DNA of 64,000 nt from Octopus sinensis. Lineage: Eukaryota. The stretch covers positions 105,524,001 to 105,588,000 of the forward strand of contig NC_043004.1 in the NCBI RefSeq assembly GCF_006345805.1, in the 5' to 3' direction. This document shows positions 54,822 to 64,000 of this stretch, piece by piece; positions within the stretch are counted from its first letter, which is position 1; each line of letters starts with the position of its first letter. Made by a program: the position numbers and the translations under genes. Below the pieces are notes generated by a model. It was not told the origin of the DNA, did not search any database, and saw only the letters and a list, made by a program, of their open reading frames with translations.

Positions 54822-56451
54822 GTATGTATTTGTGTGTATGTATGTGTATCCACGTGTATATGTATGTATATATATATACTATATATATATATATATATAT
54901 AATATATATATACATATATATATATATACATACATATATATGTATACCATGCACACATATATGTATGTATGTGTGTAAATATATGATAGTAGTATTATGT
55001 GTGTGTATGGTGTATATATATTCTGTCTATCTCTCTATCTCTCTCACCCACACTCTCTCTCTCTCCCCTCTGTACATATATTATATGTATATATATATAA
55101 GTATTATATATATGTATATATATGTATATATATATGTGTATATATATATATTTATCATATATAATATTATATATATATTTATATTTAAATATATATATAT
55201 ATATACCGTATATATAAGTATGTATTGTCAGTACTGCCACCACTGCTATCACCAACACCACCACCACCACCACCACCACAATCAATATCATTATCGTTAC
55301 CAATTCACACATGCAAACATATATATATACATACATATATATACATATACACATGTATGTATGTATGTATGTACGTATGTATGTATATACATATATACAA
55401 ATACATTCGTGTATACATACATATATTCAGATTCTATAATTAAAGGTTTGATGGATTTCCCGGAAGTTTCCCTTTACCTAAATCAAACAAAATGCATCTG
55501 TGGCTAAGGTTGGTGCTAACCTCTTACGCAAATTGATCCCAGGAGGTGTAGGTGAGGTCAGAGGTAAAGTGAGTGTTGGTGGGAGTATAGAAAGTGTTGC
55601 TGTGATTTCGAAGAGGAGGTAGCTGTTGGGGAGGAGAAAGCAATAAGCTGCTGTAATGGTGCCGGTATTGATATGTGTGTGTGTGTGTGTGTTTGTGTTT
55701 GTGTGAGTGTGTGTGTGTGTGTGTTGTGTGAGTGTGTGGTGTGTGTGTGTGTGTGGGGGGGTTGTGTTTGAGTAGCGTTGCAATACTGATTAAGTGGGAA
55801 GGATGCCTCCTCATCAGATTGGAGGAATTGCACGTGTATTGTGTGTATGTGTGTGTGTGTGTGCATGCGTGCATGTGTGTGTATGTGTGTGCAAGTGCAT
55901 GTGTGAGTGTGTGCGTGTGTGTGCATATGTGTGTGTGTGTATGTGTGTGTGTGCTGGAGGGAGGCATTAGAAAGGCGGTGGGGGAACCGTGTCTTTGAAA
56001 CTGGGGTGTCCTTCAGGCAGTGGATTGGAGTGTCCAAGTGATGAAGCAGAGGGATTTTGGGTGCTGGGAGAAGAAGGAGTTGAATTAATAATGATGATGA
56101 TGATGATGGTGGTGGTATTGATACTGGTGATGATGGGATGTTGCTGATGGCAGTGATGGTGTTGGTGTTGGAGGTGGTAGTAGACCGAATGGTCATCATG
56201 CTGGCTGTTGTAGCGATGTTGCTAGTGGTGGTGGTAGTGGTGGTGGTGATGGTGGTGGTGGTGGTGGTGGTTTGTAGTGATGAGACAGTAATAATGACAA
56301 TGATAATGATGATAATGATGTTGATGTTGAATATGTTGCTTGGATGGTCCTGAAGGCAGTGCGTACACCGGCTGTGGCTAAGGTGATAATGATGATAGCA
56401 GCATTCATGATGGTCATAAAGATGATAGTGATGCTGTAGGGGATATCATAT

Positions 56452-56486
<35 letters not shown>

Positions 56487-56700
56487 ATAAGTATGTTGGT
56501 GGTGGTGATTATGATGATGATGCTGGTGGTAGTGGAGAGTAATGAGAAAAAGGAGGAGAAGGAAGGTAGTGGTGGTGGTGGTGGCGGTGATGGTTTGGTG
56601 ATCATACAAATACTAACAGTAATGATGATGATCATCATCATCATAGTGAAGCGATAATGACGATGATGACGACGATGACGATGACGGCGACGACGACACA

Positions 56701-56737
<37 letters not shown>

Positions 56738-57168
56738 CTGAAGAGATGAGATGAGATCTAGATGTTCAATAAGAGATTCCATCAATGAAGTGTGTAATGA
56801 AGCAGTGGAACACATTTACCATATTCTTGGAATTCTCTCACCCTCTCACCCTCTTTCTACTTTCTCTCTTACCCAATATCTTTCTCAGTACTCTATCCCC
56901 TTTTTTTTCTCTCTTTTACCAACTATCTCCCTCTTAAACTGTATATCTCATTTTTTCCCTCTGTGCTCTCAATATATATATGTATATATACATACATATA
57001 TATATATATATATACATATATATTTGCATATATATATATATATTTACACACACACCACTCATATATAATATGTATATACATGTGTATATACATATTTTAT
57101 ATATATATATATATAATATACATACATATACATATATATTTACATATATATATATGTATGTATAACAT

Positions 57169-57213
<45 letters not shown>

Positions 57214-58794
57214 CATTCTCTCTCTCTCTTGCCCTTCCTCTCTTTTCAACTCAGTATCTTTCTGCACCCCTTTCTCTTCCTGCTTCACTCTCTCTCTCTC
57301 TTTCTCTCTTCTTCTTCTTCTTCTTCTTCTCTATTAATCTCTCGCTAAATAACTCACTGGATGTCAAGCAACACTCACACATCGCTGCACTGATTCAACA
57401 ACATATTAGAGTTTGATGATAGCAACATGGCCGGCTGGCGGCTGGCGACCACAGCACTTCGATTAGATACAGACAGGGCAACATACGAAGAAGACACTGT
57501 GTTTGTTTAAAGAAATCAACACCACCACCACCACCACCACCACCACCATCACCACCATCACTACCACAACCATCACTACCATCATCATCATCATTGTCAT
57601 TGTTGTTGCCACTATCACCACCACCACCACCACCACCACTACTAGCACTACAACTACCACTACCTCCATTACCACCACCACCATCATCATCACCATCATC
57701 ATTGCCACCACCATTATCACAACCACCACCATCACCACCATCCCCATCATCATTGCCACCACCATCACTATCACAATCTCCACTACCACCATCATCATCA
57801 TCGTCACTATCATTGTCATCACCAGAGTTGTTGTTGTTGTTGTTGTTGAATTATAGTACAGGCATGGTTGCAGGGTTAAGAAGTTTTCTTCAGTTTCATC
57901 CCATAGAAATTCCTTGGCTATGAATCTTCTTTCTCAGACTAAGTGTGTGCATGTGTGTGTGTGTGTGTGTGTCCATATCTATGGATGAAGCAAGAATGAA
58001 AAAAAAGAAAAGAAAAGGCTGCAGTTCTTGGTGCAGGCGTGGCTGTGTGGTAAGAAGTCTGCTTCTCAACCCCATGCTTCCCAGTTCACTCCCACTGCAA
58101 GTATTTTTTACTATAGCCAACCAAAGCTTTGTGAGTGAATTTGGTAGATGGAAACTGAAAGAAACCTATCACATATATATATCTATATCAATGTGTGTGT
58201 GTGTAATTGTGTCTGTGTCTGTCCTGCAACACTGCTTCACAGCCAGTGTTGGTGTGTTTATGTCCCTATAACTTAGCAGTTCAGCAAAAGTGACACTTCT
58301 GTTTTTACAGAGATCTATCTAGGAGATGGTTTCTTCCATGATTTACTTCTTTTATCTTTTATCTTTTACTCGCTTAAGTCGTTGAACTGTGACCATGCTG
58401 GGGCACCACCTTGAAAGGTTTTTAGTCGAACAAATCAACCTCAGTACTTATTTCTTTGAATTCTAGTATTTATTCTTTCTCTTTTGCCATAACTGCTATA
58501 AGGACATAAATGAACCAACACCAGTTGGCAAGCAGTGGACGTGCTCAAGCACAGTCACATACACGCACATACACATACACATATATTCCTTCTGCTATAG
58601 GCACAAAGCCTAAAATTTGGTGGGAAGAGGGCAAGGCAGTTACAGTAACCCCAGTACTTGACTCCAAAAAGATGAAGGACAAAGACAACTGCAGCTGAAT
58701 TTTGACTCAAAACTTAAAGATGGATGAAATATTGTGAAGCATTTTATCCAACATGCTAATGGTTCTTTCAACTCAGCACCTTCAGAGACAGACA

Positions 58795-58834
<40 letters not shown>

Positions 58835-58854
58835 CACACACATGCACACACACG

Positions 58855-58895
<41 letters not shown>

Positions 58896-60441
58896 ACACA
58901 CACACGCATTCGCATGGTAGTTTTCACACAGTTTCTGTTTACCAAATCCATTGGTTGACCTGGGGCTGTTGTAGAATTCACTTGTCCAAGGTACCATGCT
59001 GTAGAACTGAACCTGGAAAGAAAGATTTTTCTGGAGTAGGAATTGGGGTTATTTTACCAACCAAAGGTTTCAGAATATTTAAACACCCCTCTCGTTACCC
59101 TAGAGTGGAAAAAAAAAAAAAAAAGCTTCATTGAAGCATTGTGTGTATTTTTGAATGATAACCATTTGTATTGTTATTGTTGATTCAGAGTGAACTGAGA
59201 AGGAGCAGAGAAAGGTCACCATTGCAATGGTCTTCCTGGCTTCAATAATTTGAACAAACACAATCACCAATCATTTCCAAACAAGAAAACAGACTTTAAA
59301 CAACACAAACATTGTCGAAATTAAACAAACAAAGTTTCAAATATAAACACTATTTAACTACAGGAAGCACAAAAAGAGTTGTGCTGAAAACATTAATTTA
59401 AAGGGAAAACCAATACAGACAACAATGATAGCAACAACTATGTTTTGTCTTTTGCAAACATTGTGAGTCATGAAGAGCTCCTCAATACGAGCCAACTTCA
59501 GGAAATGGAGAAAGTGCAGAGGAGGTACGCTGAGAAAGATACTAGCATTTTACCCAAGGTATTTATTCATGAAAGGGTGAGGGAGTACATAGCCTGCCTC
59601 TATGTTTTGAATAATAGGGGGAATTTGTGATTTTAAATGTGGCATTGAATGGTGCTTTGGCTGATGAGTGGAAGAAGTGTACTTCCTTAACCTGGACAGG
59701 GCATATGAAAGTTTGTATCTAGTCAATGAAGTTAAGGAGAAGGTGAGAGACAAGCAGAGCTGGCGCACCACACATTTCACCATAGTTAGTCGAGTTGGGC
59801 AACAGATCTGTGTTGTTAATAAACTTGCTTTGCAAAAACAAAAGAAAAGTAAGAAAATGGAGATATAGCAATTAATAAAAATTTATTATCTACTAAATCC
59901 AGCATAGTCTCTTACAGCTGTTTCAATTAAGCCTAAAGATTAAAACAGCAATTATTAAATCATTATAATACGCAAAATCCCATCAGAGGGATAGAAAAAA
60001 GATATACCATTAGATTATTAGGTGTTGTATTTTAGAATAATCTCAGCACACTCATGAATATTATTACTATTCACAACAAATGTTAGGTAATGAACCAGTA
60101 ATTCATTGGATAATACTATCCTTTAATGAGGTTATTTTTACCTCTAATTAAATTTATAAGCTTTGCAAAAACATGTTCTCAGGTTCAGTCACACAGTCCA
60201 GCAGCTGTGTGAAAGCCAATCATATGTACATATATATATATATATATAAAAAAGAATATGTGGGGTTTAGTTCACTGGTGACCTAAACGAATAGGAATGC
60301 TGAGTAAGTGCTATAATTAGTAAGCCATTAGGTTCCAAATTCACAGCTGATGCTGGAGCTGGGGATCCATATTAGGTTTCTGATTTAGCAGGTATATATT
60401 ATATTAGAGGAAAAGGGACAACAAAAACCAAGGCAGGACAC

Positions 60442-60517
60442 GTCTCTGATGACAGAATACCCAGTGTATGCACATGCTAGCCTATCACTTGGGATATCCC
60501 AGAAACAGCTGTAGGAC
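60442..60517 (+). ncRNA. Type-I hammerhead ribozyme motif, intact core, decayed stem II base
   Basis: gucu CUGAUGA cagaauacccagug...cacuugggauauccca GAA ACAGCUGU A ggac; palindromic stem III, GUA cleavage triplet. Confidence 0.65.
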
Positions 60518-60629
60518 TTCAGATTCACCTTACCCTAATGAAATATTCTAAGTGATTTGAGATACTTGTCCTACATTAGTTTTTGTTGTCCTAATATATA
60601 TATATATATATAATACAGAATGGTAAGAA

Positions 60630-60771
60630 TCTTACTTCTCTACCACATGTTTCTGGGTTCAGTCCCACTGTGTAGCTTCTTGGGTAAGTGTCTTCTGCTA
60701 TAGCCTCAGGCCAACCAAAGCCTTGTGAGTGGATTTGGTAGACGGAAACTGAAAGAATCCCATTGTGTACA

Positions 60772-60807
<36 letters not shown>

Positions 60808-61295
60808 TGTATGTATGTATGTATGCACGTATGTATGTATATATCTGTATTTGTGTGTTTGTGTCTGTGTTTGTTCCCCTATCTGTTTCTTTATTGCCCA
60901 CAAGGGGCTAAACATAGAGGGGACAAACAAGGACAGACAAAGGGATTAAGTCGATTACATCGACCCCAGTGCGTAACTGGTACTTAATTTATCGACCCCG
61001 AAAGGATGAAAGGCAAAGTCGACCTCGGCGGAATTTGAACTCAGAACGCAACGACAGATGCAATACCGCTAAGCATTTCGCCCGGTGTGCTAACGTTTCT
61101 GCCAGCTCCCCTATCACCACTTGAAAACCTGTGTTGGTGTGTTTACATCCCTGAAACTCTAATGGTTCAACAAAAGAGACCAATAGAACAAGTACTAGGC
61201 TTAAAAAGTAAGCCCTGGGATCAATTTGTTTGACTAAAACCCTTCGAGGTGGTGCTCCAGCATGGTTGCAGTCAAATGACTGAAACAAATAAAAA
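60630..61295 (+). mobile_element. SINE B with nested SINE A
   Basis: Head at about 60630, tail ggtgctccagcatggttgcagtcaaatgactgaaac. Confidence 0.8.
60884..61107 (-). mobile_element. SINE A nested in SINE B
   Basis: TSD CCCCTATC at 60876-60883 and 61108-61115. Confidence 0.85.
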
Positions 61296-61313
61296 TAATA
61301 AACAAATAAAAGA

Positions 61314-61446
<133 letters not shown>

Positions 61447-61498
61447 GTATGTATATGAATAAAAAATGGAGTTAACGCAGGTTTAAACAAGTATTTTT

Positions 61499-61584
61499 AC
61501 TTTCGACACATGTTTCGAAAATTCCACTGATACTATTCAAAAGAATAAATGGTATAAACAATGCAATCTTCTCTTCGGGAAAGT
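61499..61584 (-). ncRNA. Type-I hammerhead motif with U4 to C core change
   Basis: acuuuc CCGAAGA gaagauu...aauuuuc GAA ACAUGUGU C gaaagu; stem I 6/6, stem II 7 bp plus extension, GUC triplet. Confidence 0.65.
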
Positions 61585-61679
61585 GAAAAAAAAACGAAAC
61601 TCGTCAATACGACATTTTAGCAAAAAAAAAAAAAAAAAATGTATATGTATATATATGTATATAAAAATGTATATATATG

Positions 61680-61870
61680 TCATCATCATCATCATCATCA
61701 TTTAGCGTCCGTTTTCCATGCTAGCATGGGTTGGACGGTTCTACTGGGGTCTGTGAAGCCAGAAGGCTTCATCAGGCCCAGTCAAATCTGGCAGTGTTTC
61801 TACGGCTGGATGCCCTTCCTAACGCCAACCACTCCGTGAGTGTAGTGGGTGCTTTTTACGTGCCACCCGC
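61680..61870 (-). mobile_element. Family D 3' end truncated at (TA)n
   Basis: Same subfamily as 8066-8160. Confidence 0.8.
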
Positions 61871-61979
61871 ACATATATATGTATATTATATATATATATA
61901 TATGTAGCTCTGTATATATATATATTATATGTATATATATATATGTATATATGTATGTATATATGTATATATATATGTA

Positions 61980-62037
<58 letters not shown>

Positions 62038-62655
62038 TACCTACACATATGTGTGTGTGTGTGTGTAAATATCATTTGATATTTAATATTCTGGCATCTT
62101 GGTTGCAAATCTGGCTAAGAGGTTAAGGTTGTGGCTTATTATCATTCCGAGGGTAACCTACGCTTTTCTGTTAGCATAAAATGGGTATTTTGCTTCCTGA
62201 TTTTTACATAAACAAGCACACATGTGTGTCTTTGTACTTTGACAACAACCTGAAATCATCAAACGCTTTATCAGTGATATAGATTTAACCTTTAATCGAT
62301 CTGTAGCTTGTGGGATGTTCCTGGTTTCCTGAATAGCAACTTAAAACATACAAGCACAGCCACATATGCATGCACAAGTGCACACATACACATGCACACA
62401 CACACACACACACACCTATACTGATACAGACATAAGTGCTTACACACCTCAGTAGTGTCGTATGCATTAATGCATGCATAAATATATAAACATCAATATT
62501 GTATACACAAATGCAAGCACACTGAGAAACTTATAAGCATTGATAGATAAAAGTGTTTATAATGTTACAGAAACATTTTCTTACGTTATAAGTAAAAACT
62601 CAACACAAATAAACAAATGCACCTATGTATATACCAAGATGTGCATATACATACA

Positions 62656-62691
<36 letters not shown>

Positions 62692-62779
62692 TGTATGTAT
62701 GTATGTATGTATGTATATCAATAATACAGTGATTGTTTCTTATCAGGAACAAAATGTTTAATAGGACTGCTATAGAAGT

Positions 62780-63050
62780 GCTCAATTGAATGAGACAAAT
62801 ATATCAAACTAAAGTTATAGAACAAACAAATGCAAGCTCATCCAATAACATTTCATAACTCGAACATTTATCATAGAATATACATTTAGACATCATGGAA
62901 GATGGAATATAATTCATCTGTACAAGCATATAAGAAAGTGCGAGAAAAAATGTTTGAATATATGTGAATACAGTTCATCACGGTTAAAAGTTAATACTTT
63001 AGCAATTAAGAAAAATATATTTTTTAAAAAAACCCATTACAATACCTAGA
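62780..63050 (+). pseudogene. Heavily decayed Penelope-like GIY-YIG remnant (tentative)
   Basis: IYQTKV and, in another frame, FITR...YTFRHH...HLYKHIRKCEKK. Confidence 0.35.
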
Positions 63051-63249
63051 AGGTAAAACGTAAAAATATAGTATAAAGTAATATATAAATATATAGGTAT
63101 ATAAAAATATATAAATATAGGAAGCAAATAAAAATAAAAATATATAATGTAAAATAAAATAAAGGTTCATCGTTTAGAAAATCTTATAAAATTACTTATC
63201 GAATAAGAGAGGCCTTATAGTTAAAAAAGAGGAAACCATATTTACTAAA

Positions 63250-63331
63250 TTCCCTATGGCCATTTCAGGGGTATATTATTGTGTTTAAAGCACTAGGGTG
63301 CATCATGCTAATAACTCCTTCGTCAGGGAAA
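63250..63331 (-). ncRNA. Type-I hammerhead ribozyme with canonical core, Penelope-associated
   Basis: uuucc CUGACGA aggagu...accccu GAA AUGGCCAU A gggaa; perfect palindromic stem III, AUA triplet, predicted cleavage between 63255 and 63254. Confidence 0.75.
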
Positions 63332-63490
63332 AAAATAGAGAGACAGACATCATCGCGTAGCAGGCTTAACACAATATTGTGTGTTTTCTTATTGAAGCAG
63401 TCATGCTCAGACGAGCCCAGAAGAAAGAATTAAAGCAGTAAAAAAATTTATTTTATATAAAGCAGTAGAAAAATAAAAATAAATGGGTGT

Positions 63491-63532
63491 ATTAAATTAA
63501 ATTAAATTAAATTAAATTAAATTAAATTAAAT
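63491..63532. repeat. (TAAAT)n pentanucleotide repeat
   Basis: About 8 perfect units between the PLE ORF and the ribozyme. Confidence 0.9.
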
Positions 63533-63572
63533 TGAACCTCCGTGGTTTCAAACCCTATAAGAGCTAAACTAT

Positions 63573-64000
63573 TTATTTTCTATGACTTATTTTATTTCTA
63601 TACACTTTTAAAAATGTAGAAGAAAATTTATGGATGCAAAAGGGGATCACATCAGTAAATTTATTCAAAATGTGCGGTCCATAACACCTAAGGATGGTAA
63701 GGGATTCCCTTATGCACAGCTTACACCTGTTAATATTTCCCTTGAAATTTTGGGTTTTAGAGATAATGGACCATTCTAGATAATAATTCTTATAATTTTC
63801 TTTAAATTGTGTATATGGGATGCAAGTGTAGTAGAATTATAGTATTTATCGATAGAAAATGAGCTCATATGTGATCCATATCTAGCCTTAAAATCTACTG
63901 TGCTACCTATATAAAATTTATTTAACCTATCCTCGTCCTTGACTACACATTTATATATAACGTTAGTAACTAGACAGGAACCATCTAAAGGACATAATTC
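63573..64000 (-). pseudogene. Penelope-like element GIY-YIG endonuclease C-terminus (runs off the window; one frameshift)
   Basis: ELCPLDGSCLVTNVIYKCVV...FYIGSTVDFKARYGSH...NSTTLASHIHNLK / LEWSIISK...RCKLCIRE...ILNK...CIHK; frameshift near 63797; not in the ORF track. Confidence 0.9.

Noticed and set aside
59218-59231. 14-bp palindrome ACCATTGCAATGGT
   Set aside because: 7-bp arms are expected by chance in 64 kb.
59654-59700. CTGATGA as a hammerhead core (also 13229, 46190, 55810)
   Set aside because: No downstream GAAA and no stem I or III pairing.
59440-59800. CR1-like remnant (QEMEKVQRR)
   Set aside because: One short motif only; not enough to call.
62162-62249. Minus-strand candidate exon
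   Set aside because: Splice sites plausible, but two frames are open and nothing is recognisable; expected by chance.
62800-64000. Mitochondrial insertion (NUMT) suggested by AT richness
   Set aside because: The minus strand translates as a PLE GIY-YIG domain; no mitochondrial gene motif found.

Overview
A 64-kb, AT-rich, repeat-saturated eukaryotic (metazoan) window. The repeat landscape (tRNA-headed SINEs with internal (TA)n/(TG)n, CORE-like SINEs, RTE tails ending in (ATG)n, dense microsatellites) resembles a coleoid cephalopod such as Octopus; this is inference, not proof. Nearly all listed ORFs are microsatellite translations. The real coding remnants are decayed transposable elements: CR1/L2-type LINEs, an R4/Dong-type RLE LINE in a (TAA)n tract, RTE LINE pieces, two mariner elements, a DD37D (maT) fragment and at least three Penelope-like GIY-YIG endonuclease fragments. 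The most striking signal, not shown by the ORF track, is a set of five type-I hammerhead-ribozyme folds (25519+, 26281-, 60442+, 61499-, 63250-) plus one degenerate one (36598-). They are unrelated in flanking sequence, have (quasi-)palindromic stem III (a dimer-type signature) and mostly sit in short units bounded by (TA)n. One has an intact core about 240 nt downstream of a Penelope GIY-YIG ORF. There is also weak evidence for small, phase-compatible exons of an unidentified minus-strand host gene. SINE family labels A/B/C/D are my own working names, and most repeat boundaries are approximate.
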